From: Eledone cirrhosa
Lineage: Eukaryota
Reading direction: 5' to 3'
DNA length: 64,000 bases
NCBI GenBank assembly: GCA_964016885.1
Contig: OZ024747.1
Coordinates: forward strand, 88,102,001 to 88,166,000
Part shown: in pieces, positions 37,930-51,302 of the stretch
Layout: every line of letters begins with the position of its first letter
Numbering within the stretch: position 1 is the first letter of the stretch
Translations under genes and position numbers: made by a program
The notes under the pieces: model-generated
The model's input: only the letters and a program-made list of their open reading frames with translations
Database searches by the model: none
Told to the model about the DNA's origin: nothing

Positions 37930-38606
37930 CTGCTCACTTAACAAAAATAGCATCAGCTGAGCTGAAACTGGATTTATTGTTGAGCACAGCCTACCTATTG
38001 CTATATTGGATCATTTACTTGGTCTTATTGCCAAATATCTCTTGATTCAAAAATCTCCAAAGACATCAAATGCACAAGAACTAAAGGAACTTGCATTCTT
38101 TTCAATGATTTATTGTTGAAGCTAAATTCAGCAAAGTTCTCCCTTATTGTAGATGAAACAACGGACATTTTTACCAAAAAGCAATCTGTTCTAGTAGCAA
38201 GGTATTACAACTCTGAAACTCAAAAGACAAATTTTTGATGCATCTGGAAATTAAAGACTGCAGTGCATTGGGAATTTACAATTGTCTACAATTATTTTTC
38301 ATTGAAAATAATATTTCTCTTGAAAACTTAATTGAATTTATCAATGATAATGCCAGTGTTATGATAGGAAACAAAAGGGGAGTTCAACATATGTTGAAGC
38401 AGAAAAATCCTGATATATCCATACAGCCTTGTGTTTTCCATTCCTTACATCTGTGTGCTTCTACAACCTGCGATGAATTACCATATTATTTGGAAGAATT
38501 AGCAAGAAATATATTTTCGTACCCGAGCAACAGTCTAAAGTGCCCAGCTAAATATAAGGAATTTCAAAAAATAGCAAATATCAGTCCTCACAATTTTTTC
38601 ATATAA
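37930..38606 (+). pseudogene. hAT-family transposase relic
   Basis: LPIAILDHL, IKCTRTK, FSLIVDETTD, DNASVMIG and CVFHSLHLCAS (CxxH) motifs in the expected order, with frameshifts. Confidence 0.88.
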
Positions 38607-39124
38607 ACTGCACAATTTGTACAAAAAAGTACAAAGAGTTACTTTTTTTATAGCAAATTTTATATTTCTCGCAAATTGTTTACGTATAGGAGACACCACT
38701 GTTATCTGGAAATGTTAAAATAAGTGATATGCTTTTCAGAAATCTTATATTTTAACACAAATATCTTAAATCATTATTATCATCATCATTTTAGATGTCA
38801 GGTTAATTATTCCTAGAGTAAAGAAACAATGAAGTCAGAAATGATAGTATATATTTAGAATCATCATCTTCATTCCAATTATTATCATTTTACACCTGCT
38901 TTCCATGTTGGCAGTATTTGGATAATTTAGGATAAACATATAAATTATGTTGGAACAGAAAGCTAAGACAAATATAAATGGCTAAATAGAAATCTGCTTA
39001 GTAGCGTTTGCATGGTTTTTAACCAGTTTGATATTGCTCTGGTTCTATGATACAAAACTTTGATTTAGAGTGTTTATATTTTATCTTCAAACCTTCCAGC
39101 ATAATTTTATGTAAGTGCCTTTAA

Positions 39125-39340
39125 CTCTTTGGCATTTAAACCAGCCGTATTTGGCCAGAATTCCCTCACCTCTTTCTGTTTAAACTGGCTGTAACTGGCT
39201 GCTCATACTGATGTTAAGGTTTTGTTTTCAAAATAAATAATATCAAAATCTCAGATTCTATATGCGAGATAATTATATGAAATAAAGTGTTTACCATGAA
39301 AATACAATAGTAAATATAGAGTAATGTAAATGCTAAAGGG
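39125..39340 (+). mobile_element. MITE family 1 nested in a family 2 MITE
   Basis: TTAA at 39121-39124 and 39341-39344. Confidence 0.9.
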
Positions 39341-40121
39341 TTAAGTTATCCTCCAAATACCAGCTTAATAATGAGAAATTTAGTTATATTACTAAAGCAC
39401 CTCAATTTTCTTGATTATTAAAAAAATTATTTGAAAATCATAGGCAGCATCTTCAATAGAAATTGTGGTCACAAGAGAATTAAATATTTTATACGCCATT
39501 AAATTTGACATGTTTTTATTTCTACTGGATATGAATATAGCAGAAAAGAAAATATATGGATTGAAATATTTTTATATACCAATGCAAAAGATGAAGTTAA
39601 TTGTCTGATCTAAAAGTGATATAAATTACTTATACAGTTATTTTTCATTGTGTGTGTGTGTATACATGCATGTGTGTGTGAAAGAAAAAGAGACAGACAA
39701 ACATACATACAGGCAACAGAGCAACACGGTAACCTGTATGTTAGTTTTATCGGCTTATTAATTCCTTTGATATGGTCAGTCTTCAGTGGAAGATAATGGC
39801 TAAACTGGTCTGATCAAAGAGTCATTCACTGTTTTGTAAAGGAAGTAACGACTCAGGCTTTCGATTGTATTAATCAGCAACTTTGTCCTGTTATAGTGTT
39901 GAATATCGATATCTCTTCTTGTATGTTCAGCAACATATAGTTCCTTTACAAATTTACAGCTGTGGTATTACAATTAATACTATACTAATTTCAATAGAGA
40001 TATGGTAACAAAAGGGTTAAAGGCAAAGACCCAGGTTCCATCTTCAACTCAATCTTGTTGGATTGCAAAGGACATTTGACTTTGCTTCTGACTTATGAAT
40101 GCTAGAGATATCACACTTTAA

Positions 40122-40329
40122 CCCTTTAGCATTTACATTACTCTATATATACTATTGTATTTTCACAGTAAAGGCTTTATCTCACATAATATTGAATCTA
40201 TGAGATTTTGATATTATTTATTTTGAGAACAATACCTTAACATCAGTATGAGTGGTTACCTAAAGTTGGTTTAAACAGAAAGAGGTGGGAGAATTCTAGC
40301 CAGATACAACTGGTTTCAATGCTAAAGGG
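40122..40329 (-). mobile_element. MITE family 1
   Basis: TTAA at 40118-40121 and 40330-40333; orientation reversed relative to 39125. Confidence 0.9.
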
Positions 40330-40644
40330 TTAAAATAGCAGAGAAAACTAACAAACAAAAAAACCAACTAATGTCATAAAACACCTGATCACATGGTGAG
40401 CCACAGCTTGAGATATTTTCTGATAAGATACAGAATCTCTAAGGAATATTTCATTAAGTTTGTGTTATGTTGTTTATATTTGATTTGAACCTTTTTTTCA
40501 TTTATAATGAGGAAGTCTAAAGAATATATGATTAATTCTGATAAAAACACACACCAATCTGATGATCAGTGTGTTGAGAATTTCAAACTATATGTTAGGA
40601 ACATAGTTGGTTATAAAAAAGCACTTTGCAAGACAATGCTGCTG

Positions 40645-40675
<31 letters not shown>

Positions 40676-41552
40676 ATACTAGATCACATTCAAAAGAAGG
40701 ACATCTAATGATTGGCAAGGCTCAGTTACCAACAAATGACAACCTTCTGGCTCCCTGTTGTAATGTTTATTCCACCACCTTTTCTAATGTTACCACAAAA
40801 GCCTCTAGTATTCTGAACTAACAAGCTGCTTTCCTCTTGTCTCTCCTTTTACCATCTCACTACAGTCTTTCAGCTTGAATGCCTTTCATCATAGGTCTGC
40901 TCAATCAGAGCTAACATGAGTCTAAACAACAACTGCCTGAGAATTAATTCTGTCTATTGAAAAAATATAACTAAAAAAGAAACCCCAGAAAACTATTTAA
41001 AAACTTCCAATAGAATATCTCTTTAGAGCAGCATTGATATTGTTTTCTGGGAGATATTATTTTCAACTGTTAACTGAAATGAAAGCTGCTTACAAGTAAA
41101 GATGTATGAAAACGTAGCCATAGCTGCATCAAGTTGCTTTTAAGAAGAGTACCACTAATATTTCCATTCTTGACTATGTAGGAAAATGTTTCATTGCATT
41201 CATTGCTTTGACCAGTTATTTTTAAACATAGTTGTCTCATTTACCATTATTTTACTGGTTTTTAGGGCAGTAGAATTTTAATATTAGTAGAGAGTTGGAC
41301 AACATGCTTTGCAGAATAGTTATGTCCCTTTACGTTCTGAGTTCAAATCCCACCAATATTAGCTTTGTCTTTCATCCTTAAAGGGTCAATAAAATCAAGT
41401 ACTAGTAATAAACTGAAATCAATTTAATCGACTTTCCCCACCCCCAAATTCTTGGCTTTGTGGCTGAATTTTACAAACCATCTCCGGGTCAAGTATATTC
41501 TATGTTTATGTTTGCTGTAATTCCTTTTATTGATTAACTAATTAAACAATCT

Positions 41553-41626
41553 GCACCTGACGATGTCGCCAAGGTATTGCGTCATGATTGGATGATGTAA
41601 CTTGCCCATTGAAATGTGTATAGAGT
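41553..41626 (+). ncRNA. Degenerate type I hammerhead motif in a short Penelope-like terminal fragment
   Basis: CTGACGA at 41557-41563; long imperfect stem II (CAAG..TTGCGTCAT/ATGATGTAACTTG); GAAA at 41611-41614; TGTGTA; TA; weak stem I GCAC/GAGT. A and TA runs about 55 nt downstream. Confidence 0.5.
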
Positions 41627-41908
41627 TTTTTGCAACATTAAAACTTTAAAGGGATATTTTCAGTCCACCCTTCTGTTGTTTAAAAAAAAAAAAAAAAAAA
41701 AATATATATATATCATCATCATCATCATCATCGTTTAGCATCCATTTTCCATGCTAGCATGGGTAGGATGGGCTGTCCCTTTGTGACAGATCTGGTTGGA
41801 GAACCATGTTTCGTTCACACAGGGCTGATTTTGGTTTGGTTTCTACAGCTGGATGCCCTTTCTAATGCCAACCACATTTGCATATATATATATATATATA
41901 TATATATA

Positions 41909-42746
41909 CAAGGTGTGTCGTCTGAAAAGTAACAGGTCTTAGTGTGCTGTGTAAGCTATGAGTGGGGTAGGGTGCATTGCTATGTGGCGTAATATCCGGG
42001 GAGTATATGACTGCGATCTCAGCTCTCTGCAGCCATTGTACATTTTTTAGTGTGCTTTTGTTAACAGCTACTCAATTTCAGGCCTTTGAGCGATGGGCAT
42101 AGAGCAACAAACCAACTTGAAGTTTCTGGTCTGGCTGGGAAAAACACCATCAAAAGCACTCAGAATACTGCAGCAAGTGTACGGAAATGAGACGATGTCG
42201 TGCTCACGGATTTTTGAGTGGCACAAAAGGTTTAAAGGGATGCGAAGACGGGTAAGTCGACCCCAGGAGCAGGAGGCCTTCAACGAATGGGACTGAGGCC
42301 AATGTTGAGCATGTGAAGCAGCTGGTGCATGGTGATCGATTGCAAGTGAGATGGGCATGAACCACAACAGCGTTTGGAAGATTATCATGAAATATTTAGG
42401 CATGCGGAAGATCACCAGCTCACAACACTCTCGACATCCAGCAGTTCCTGGCCAAGAAGAACTTTGCCGTACTGAAACAACATCCTTATTCACCTGATCG
42501 TGCTTCCTGTGACTTTTTTTCTTTTCCCCAAGCTCAAGGGAACCTGTTTTGAAGGAGTTGAGTCCATCAAGGGGGCCATAATGAAGGAGCTGAGGGGCAT
42601 CTCAGAAGAATCTTTCCAGCAGTGCATAGAAGCATGGCAGAGAAGGATAGAAAAAGTGCATTTGACTCAAAGGGGAATTATGTAGTAAGTTGTTTGGAAT
42701 TAAAATAGTTTGTGACACCAGTCCTATTACTTATCAGACAGGTGTC

Positions 42747-42747
<1 letters not shown>
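41909..42747 (+). mobile_element. mariner relic, internally deleted
   Basis: Degenerate TIRs (CTGAAAAGTAACAGGTCT vs CTGATAAGTAATAGGACT) in a TA run; HTH EQQTNLKFLVWLGKT...EWHKRFK; YSPDxAxCDFFLFPKLK motif near 42487-42537. Confidence 0.9.
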
Positions 42748-42777
<30 letters not shown>

Positions 42778-44178
42778 AGTATATTTCTAGATTGATTAAA
42801 AATAATATAGTCTTTGCTATTAGATACTTCATTGACCATTCAGCTCATTGCTTAAAATTGTTAAATGTATTATAACAGAGTGTTACCATTTATGGAAAGT
42901 AAGAAAAAGGAAAAAAAAAGAAGAGATTTTAGAAATTCATTTAACAAAGATCCTTATTAATTAGGTCATTATTGTTATTCTTCACTGTTTTTGTTTATGA
43001 AACTTGAAGCCATTGCAAATGTCTTTATAACATTATCAAATATTTTTGATTGAATTACAAAAAAATTGTTATTTTTAGATGATAGAGTTGACAGTCCATG
43101 TAGAAACCTGATATTCTTATAAGTATGAATGACATGGCTTGAAGGAACAAAGTATCAAAAGTCGGTTATTGATAGTAACTTATGCACAAGTAGATGAAGA
43201 AAGATTTAGAAATGTTTAGCTATATCTGATCTATAACATTTCAGTAGTATTTAAAACTAAAATAGTTTTGAACAAGCAATGACCTGTCCAATTTGTGTGT
43301 CAGTGTAAAAGATAAGCATAGAATCACTCGTGTGTTGATGTCATTTAGCTATTGAAAATTATCAAACTACATATAAAACACTTGCCAGCTAGGTATCCTA
43401 CTTCTGTGCTAGTCTCTTTTATCTGGGTGGTTGGTTATATCTTTTGCCTCAAGTACAGCATGTCATCAGTGAGGTGAAGTATGAACACTTAAAATGTCTG
43501 CCTATTTCCTTGACATGCCAAACCATTGTTAATAATGGCATATACAGACACATATGCATCATCATCGTTTAACGACCATTTTCTATGATTTGTTCTATGT
43601 GAGGCAAGTTGCTTCAGGTGGCCGTGTCTTGCTCATATAGGACTGCTTCTGGTTAGACTTCTATGGCTGGATACCAATCACATTTACAGTGTAGGCTGGG
43701 TGCTTTTAGTCATGACACCTACAATGTTTATATATAATAAACATGCATAATGTCTTGCTGTGGGTATCTTAAGCTGTGGTCATATCAAACCTACCTCAGT
43801 ATCTGTGTAAGAGTGCTATATACATGTATACAACAGCAAGGCTGTATATATGTTTACTTTACATAAACATATCATATATAGCTCTGTATACACCTTTATT
43901 CTGAATAATGCCAATACTAATTGTTTCAAATATAGGCACAATTTATAATATTAAGTAGTTCAAACAACACTGATAGCTATGTGGTTGAGCCTGTGGCAGT
44001 GGAGAATTCTGGCATTCTTGGTCCCTGGATCGCATTCCTACACACTTCTCTCTGGGCAGAGTTGGCTGCCTGCATGTGTTAGTTGGAGTGGCTGTTCCAG
44101 CACATCTCCCTCACCATCCTCTGGGGCAATGTCATCTCCATTCTGTCTGCCAGGACCACAAGGCAGACTAACTCTTAA

Positions 44179-44386
44179 CCCTATAGCATTTACATTACTC
44201 TATATTTACTATTGTATTTCCACGGTTAAGGTTTTGCTTCATATAATATCAAAGCTATGATATTTTGATGTTATTTATTTTGAGAACAATACCTTAACGT
44301 TGGTGTGAATGGCTGGTTGCAGTTGGTTTGAACAGAAAGAGGTAAGAGAATTCTGGCCAGTTACGGCCAGTTTAAATGCTAAAGAG
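44179..44386 (-). mobile_element. MITE family 1
   Basis: TTAA at 44175-44178 and 44387-44390. Confidence 0.88.
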
Positions 44387-45309
44387 TTAAACAGTGAATA
44401 GTAAATACCGATCTCACACATATACACATACTATAGAATGATAGTTAGACTGACAGACATTTCCAAATAAAAGCATCTTTGCTAAATGTTCCCCTTGATA
44501 TCATTGTCATCTCAATGTTATTTGTTAGCCTTGTGATATTATGAGTTTAATCTTTTTGATACCAAGCCACTTGAAACAAGACTAGGTTCTCTGATACAAA
44601 ACTATTTGCTTTAAAGTGTTTATATTTATCTAAAACATCCTTCCATCCTAATTTTATGTAAGAACTTTTGTTATACTATGATTCAAACACCAATATTATT
44701 TTCAGAATGATTTGAACTATATAGATAGCGTGTTCATTAGAAATATTGTAACAAGAGCTAAGGAGCATTGCATTATCACACATACCTAATATATCATGTC
44801 TGGTTTAGAAAACTTTTCTGAAAAATATAATTCATAAGACATCTGAGGTTGTTGTCTCTCATTTATTCTTCAGTATTTTTGTCTATAGTTGAATAGTTCA
44901 ATAAACTCTTTTAAGATTGAAAAATCCAATTATAACTCAACAAAAAATTGGAAAATGAACTCAGTTGTTGTAGAATAGTTAGTTTAACATTCACCTCAGC
45001 TTATGTGTGAACAGTTATGATAGTAATTTATATATAGCTTAGTTAGAATACAAAAACATCTTAGGTTGTTGTTGAATTGTCTCAGTCATATCTGCTTAAA
45101 AAAGATCAGTCGCACAGAGAAGAATAATCTAAATCTTCAGTTGGCTCTTATTAATATGAGCTAACCCATTTTTCTTTATTGTGTGCAAAATCATCTTTAG
45201 ATTTAGGATTGAAACCATTACGAAAAATACCTGAGTTTGTGGTCGGTGATTTGGTGGTTGTTACATTTTGAGGTTTTATATCTATTGTAAATTTTGCTTT
45301 TATAATTTA

Positions 45310-45680
45310 CTAGAATTATTTTCAACGTGCTGACGTATATGTGTATATGCATACATTTATATGTATGAGTATATAAACGTGCAAACACAGACACACTTAC
45401 AAAAATACACATTCACACAAATACACACATACATTCACACAAACACACACACATACATTTACACAAAGATGCACAAACACACTGTAGCAAATGGAACACC
45501 AGCTGCTGTTTTGCAATAGTTTTTTCACCATCTCCTTCCTTTCTTTTACACACACATACATTAACACTTGTCCCTTGTAGATTTAAAGGCCTCATGCCTA
45601 TGCAAAAGGTTTATTTGTTCGCATTACTGTTTCAATTTATATTGTGTGATGGATAGAAGTCACTCAAATTTATATATAGA
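45310..45680 (-). mobile_element. Non-autonomous Helitron with a foreign 63-bp insert
   Basis: CTAG at 45310-45313, TC end at 45680-45679, A/T target site; insert at 45569-45631. Confidence 0.85.
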
Positions 45681-45887
45681 TTATAAATATGCATTATCTA
45701 ATATAACTTACATTATTTCTTGTTAGTGGATACTTATTTTTAATATATTTTCAATTATATTATATTTGGTTTTGTCTTGTCCCTTTAGTAACCACTTTAG
45801 AAGCCACTATCTCTTTAATAGTAGCCACTAGATTATAATCTACTTCTTTAATAGGAACTACTTAATTATGATCTATCTCTAATATTG

Positions 45888-46140
45888 AAGGTGCTTGGCC
45901 TAGTGGTTAGGGCGTGGGGCTCATGATCATAATGTTGTGGATTCAATTCCCAGATTGGCAGCATGTATTCTTTTAGCAAAACAGTTCATTTCACATTGCT
46001 CCAGTCAACTTAGTTGAAAAATTTGCAGCTAGAGGTTAACCCTTGTGATAGACTGGCATCCTGTACAGGGGGGAATCTTGTACCATCAGTCACTTATGGA
46101 ACTAGGATAAACTTTGACCTTCTGATCTTGGGATGGACTT
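45888..46140 (+). mobile_element. SINE family B variant, old
   Basis: GGCCTAGTGGTTAGGGCG head and ATTTCACATTGCTCCAGTC body. Confidence 0.7.
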
Positions 46141-47291
46141 TTTTGAAACTTTAATAATAATTGTTTCTACTTTTGGCACAAGGCCAGCAATTATCCCAGT
46201 GCATTACTGTTACTTAAGGTGGTGATGTCAAAAGTGTCTTTACTCCCAGATTCATAAAGTATTTGTATATTAAAACTAAGACAACATAGAGAGAGAGAGA
46301 GGACACAATGATAAAGTAAAAATGCAAGTTGAATGGTTTTGACCCAAAGTCTTTTACAAAGTATATAAATTTGTTTCAGTTGCTAGTTGGAACAATTTAA
46401 CCCTTTCATTATCATATTTCTAACAAAAGATATTGTCTCTGATTTTGAAACCATTTTAAAATAATAAAAAAATTTGAAGGAATTTAGAAATATAACTAAT
46501 TTTCTCATTGTTAGGCTGGTGTTTGGAGCCTAACTTAAGAAAGGTTCTTACATGAAACTATGATGGAAGGTTTGTAGTTAAATATAAATACTTAAAAGTA
46601 AAAAGCTTCATATCATGGAACCAGAGTCACTTTCAGGCAGTTTGGTCTGGAAAAAGTATGGGAAAAATAATTTACCATGTCCCTTGTAGATTTAAAGGCC
46701 TCATGCCTATGCAAAAGGTTTATTTGTTCGCATTACTGTTCCATTTGAGAACTACATATTATTTGAAATGCTTGCTTTTAATTTCTTTAAAGGTTTTTAC
46801 ATAAAAATAAGATGGAAGGTTTTTACTAAAATACAAACACTTTAAAATAAATAGCTCTGTATTATAGAGCCATGGGTAATTTATTTCAGGTTGCTTGGTA
46901 TCAAAGAGTTAAAGGCTTCCTGCCTGCTCAAGACAATTATTTATTCACATTACTGTTCGTTTTTTTAATCTTCTAAAGAAAAATATTTTAATGAACTATT
47001 ATTAATTGATAGCCTAATATTTTCCAAAAAGCTTGCTTTATTTTCTTTAAACCAGTAGTCCATATTTAAAATAAATTTATGTAGGATTTAATTAGCATAC
47101 CACCATTCTTGTATCCTTAACAACAGCATTAAAATGCCAAAGTATAAAATTAATTAGGATGATGTAGTGTTGAATATTTTCAAAATTATATGAAAATCAT
47201 AGATAGTGCCTTTCATCAGAAATATGATAATGAAGATTTATTTTAATTATTGAAGAATTTGCTGGGATTTACTGAAATTATTATATTATTA

Positions 47292-47475
47292 TGGTGGATT
47301 GGCAATATCGGTAGAAGGTCGGATGCCATGCTTTCCAGCATAGTTACGTCCCTTTATGTTCTGAGTTCAAATCCTACCGAGGTTAACTTTGCCTTTCATC
47401 CTTACGGTGTCGAAAAAATAAAGTACCAGTAATGCACTGGGATAATTGCTGGCCTTGTGCCAAAAGTAAAAACAA
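47292..47475 (+). mobile_element. SINE family A, short variant
   Basis: Full alignment to 20068-20252; ATTATTATGGT repeated at both ends. Confidence 0.88.
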
Positions 47476-49052
47476 TTATTATTATGGTAGCATATGTTAC
47501 ATGAGTAACAAAATCAGGTAACACAAAGTCGTTAGAATGATAGGTAAAATGCTTTGCAGTGTTTGTTCTGGCTCTCTGTGCTCTGAGTTCAAATCCTATT
47601 AAGGTCAACTTTGTTTTTTTATCTTTTTGAGGTTGATAAATGAAGTACTGGTTCAATACTTTTGGCAATTCTTCCTCCACATCTCTTTCTCACTTCTCTC
47701 TCTCTATTTCTCTGGAAGAAATCGATTGTGTTTCAACCTTGAGAGGGATGGGCTATTATCAACTTTAATGTCCAAGATGGTTTCCCAATGACTCTATCGG
47801 GAGTTAAGAGTCAGGGATGGACGAAGCTTCAGGTCAGAGCTGCTTGTACAGACATATGGTAAACTCTCTCCTATGCATGTTGGCATTAATAAGAAAAACC
47901 AGCGTGTCTGTGTGCTTAAGGAATAATATTTGATATCATTTTATTGATTTAATTATTATAAGACAAGTCCTGCCTTAGAGTTAAATTATCTTATGAACTA
48001 AGAGTATTTAAATACTGAGGAGATTATAGAAGTACTGATATTTCATTATTTAATCCACCTTTTATCCATTAAGCCATTCCTAATTCTGTTGCTTAATGAG
48101 AATATTTTAATCAGTTTTCCTTATTGTTGTTATGTAGTTTGCACAGCAATAGAGTTGCTGATTCTGCCAGTTATTATTATAAAAGAAATTATTAATAGAG
48201 CGTCGGACAACGTTTAGTGGCATAGAGTTACATCCCTTTATGTTCGGAGGTCAATTTTGTTTTTTATCCTTCCAGTGGTCAATAAATAAATTACCAGTCA
48301 AGTATTAGGGTTAATACAGTCAACTAACCCCCTCCCTAATAATTTCCATCCTTGTACCTATATTAGAAAAAAAAATACTTTAGGACAAAATAAATTGCAT
48401 TAGCCAGGAATAAAACCTGTCTTGCCTACATGGCAGGTGAGGATTCTGCCACTGACCCACCAATTAGGAGGACTGATTAGCTCCATTGATTAGCATACTG
48501 AGCTAAAAATGTCTTAGGTTTGATCACCATACTGACTAGCCTGTTATTATTTTTATTTCAAACTTATCTTGTATAGAAGTGTTTAGTCATATTTTACTAT
48601 TTAATTCTATCCCTAATAAATATCTTTATTTTTGTTTTTAATATATGTAATGAATTGACCCCAGTGTGTTACTGGTATTTTCCCAAATAATAAGTATTTT
48701 ATGGCCATTTTTACCACTAAAACAGATGTTAGCCTTGTATGTCCCATGATATGGTATCCTTTCTGAGGAAACCAATCCTTTTTAGTCTCTTTTTACAACA
48801 TGCAGTGATATAGTATCTCTATTCTAAACTGTATATTTACAGTAATTATACAGGTTATATAATATACATTGAAAAGGTTTAAGGAATGAAAAAATAAGAT
48901 AATCAAGAAAAGTGTTCTGATTTTTCTGTGTATTTTTCTTTATTTTTAGAGCTAATATTTTAGGACATTATAAAGAATTTTCCTTATGTTAAAAAAAGAT
49001 CACAATTATCAAATTCTGTTTTCCTTGAAAAGTTGTTTGCAATTTCTTATAA

Positions 49053-49367
49053 ATAGAATTTTTTTTCAACATGCTGACATGTATGTGTATATGTGTGTGT
49101 ATGTGCATATGCATACATTTATATGTATGAGTATATAAATATAAATGCGCAAACACAGACACACAAAAATATGCACTCACAGACACACACATACATTTAC
49201 ACAAACACACACATACTCACACACAGTGTAGTAAATAGAACACTAGCTGCTGTTTTGCTATAGTTTTTCACTATCACCTTCCTTCCTTTTTACACACAAA
49301 CATTCACACAAACACACACACACATTGTGTGACGAACAGATGGAAGTCACTCAAATTTATATATGGA
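49053..49367 (-). mobile_element. Non-autonomous Helitron
   Basis: Aligns to 53-368; CTAG mutated to ATAG on the + strand; TC end at 49367-49366. Confidence 0.8.
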
Positions 49368-49859
49368 TTGAAAATTCATGATGCTAGTCAAGTTTTTTTT
49401 AATTAATGAAAGTTTGAATATTTGGAAATAATATTCAGCTTTGGTGAACAATTTTTATGAGTTACCAAAAAAGGTGCAGGCAAGGTGATCTGGTTAAGAA
49501 GTTCATTTTACAACTGCATGTTTTAGAGTCCAAAGCCACTGCATGACATCATGGCAAGGGTCTTCTGCTAGAACCTTCAGTTGACTAAAATTTTTTTGAT
49601 GGAAACTGTACAGAAAACTAGTGTGTGTATATGTGTGTGTTATATGCATGTAGGAATATGCATATCTTTGTATGAATCCATATCTATATTTACGTTGACA
49701 CTGCTTCACAATTGGTGTTGCTTATTTATTTCCTGTAAATTAGCAGTTTGACAAATAGAGATTACTACAATGTTTTCCAGACTTAATAAGTACTGAGGTT
49801 GATATGATCAACTAAAGCTCTTCAAAGCAATTCTCCAGTATGACCTGGAATAAGAATCA

Positions 49860-50548
49860 GTGCTGCAAAAACTGAGATACTCGTCCTCTCAAGGAGGCCT
49901 CCTGTGTGCACTCTACATGTAAATGGAGTTCACTGAAGCAGGTAGAGAAATTCAAGTATTTTGGGGCCATGTTCACACGTGATGGAAGGCAGGAAGCTGA
50001 ATTAAATCAAGAATTGCAAGAGCTGGTGCAATAATGCGCCAGCATTCAGTAATCAGAAGGGAGGTAGGCATAAAGGCCAAACTTACTATCTTCAATTCTG
50101 TATTCATGCCAAACCTTACCTATGGTCATGAATCATGAGTATTGACTAAAAGAATATGATCACAAATACAAGCGGCCAAAATGGGATTCCTTCGAAGGGT
50201 CTTTGGAATAATGTTACTCAATAGAGTGTGTTGCTTGGAGATTAGAGAGTCACTCCAGGTAGAGCCGCTACTTCTCCGAATTGAGAGATCACAGCTCAGA
50301 TACTATAGACATGTGGTTAGAATGTCTCAGGAAAGAATCGCTTGACAGATTTTATGGGCAAAACCAACTGGCAGGAGACCCAGGGTAGACCCCAAGCAAG
50401 ATGGTTGGATAACATCCTTGGGTTTGGTTTCGCTTGAGGATCCAGTCGGAACAGTTGGAGATGGTTGCTTCTGACAGGACCCGCTAGAAGTATTTGAGGA
50501 CTCTGACCCCACAACCTTCTCAGGAATAAGTGGGCGAAGAAGAAGAAG
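49860..50548 (+). mobile_element. RTE-clade LINE 3' fragment (second family)
   Basis: LKQVEKFKYFGAMFTRDGRQE, PNLTYGHES and GRRPRVDP motifs with frameshifts; (GAA)n tail. Confidence 0.85.
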
Positions 50549-51197
50549 ACCTTAGTACAATGACTGAAACCAGTAAAATAATAAAAAAGAATTTCATTAA
50601 TTTCATTTATTTTCCTTTCTACATATTTCTGCTGAGTTGATTATTTATTTAGGGGAGAAGCAAATGAAGTTCATTAAGATATCAAATATTTGATAAATTT
50701 GATTGATTGAATAATTTAAATATATTCAATTACTCAAGTATACCATTGTTATTGTATATTATTAAAAGGTATTTCATACAGCACATTTTCTCTTCCAAAC
50801 TTTGATTATATTCATAGAATCAGCATTAGTCTGTAATTGCTTATTTCAATTGCTTTGTGCTCAACTTATTGTTGTAGTCAATTTATATTGATAAACTTAG
50901 TTGTGATGATTTTAGTTTCTCTGTTGCTAATGAGGACATAGTTAGTTTGACATTTGCTTTCCAGCACTGAAATGTTTGCATACTGCCTTGGCACATGCAT
51001 ACACTTATCACCACCAGCACTGCATTTTATCACTAGCAATGGCACCAACTATTAAAATGATTTGGTATTTAAGTACTCCTTTTGCTCCAAATTCAGGCCC
51101 ACTCTGCTCTTATCGAGGCTGTTGGACTTTAACCTACCTCAGAATCATCACCCATGACTAGTCAAGCAGACCTTAGTACCAACAGATACCCAGGGAC

Positions 51198-51302
51198 ATG
51201 ATGTCCATTTCTCATTCATTTTCTTCACCTTCTGCATTTCGGTCTTCATACCGGAATCTTATGAGGACTTTGGGATCTCCTATTCGATCCAATTCGGTTG
51301 AG
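51198..51302 (+). CDS. Candidate alternative first coding exon (MMSISHSFSSPSAFRSSYRNLMRTLGSPIRSNSVE)
   Basis: Unique CpG-containing tract; possible acceptor TTTGCTTTCCAG| at 50964; 35 codons; phase-0 donor GAG|GTCAGT at 51303. Confidence 0.45.

Noticed and set aside
39832-39951. TTTGTAAAGGAA...TTCCTTTACAAA inverted 12-mer
   Set aside because: Short AT-rich match with no TSD or second copy; could be chance.
40507-40821. 104-aa ORF with a poly-Leu run
   Set aside because: The poly-Leu comes from a (CTA)n microsatellite; no recognisable domain.
43079-43200. Acceptor-like TTTTTAG followed by unique sequence (also 33616-33670)
   Set aside because: All frames close quickly or lack a good donor; evidence is insufficient.
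50965-51197. Frame continuous with the 51198 exon except for two TAG codons (possible A-to-I stop recoding)
   Set aside because: It needs two editing events with no visible pairing partner; a 5' UTR is the simpler reading.
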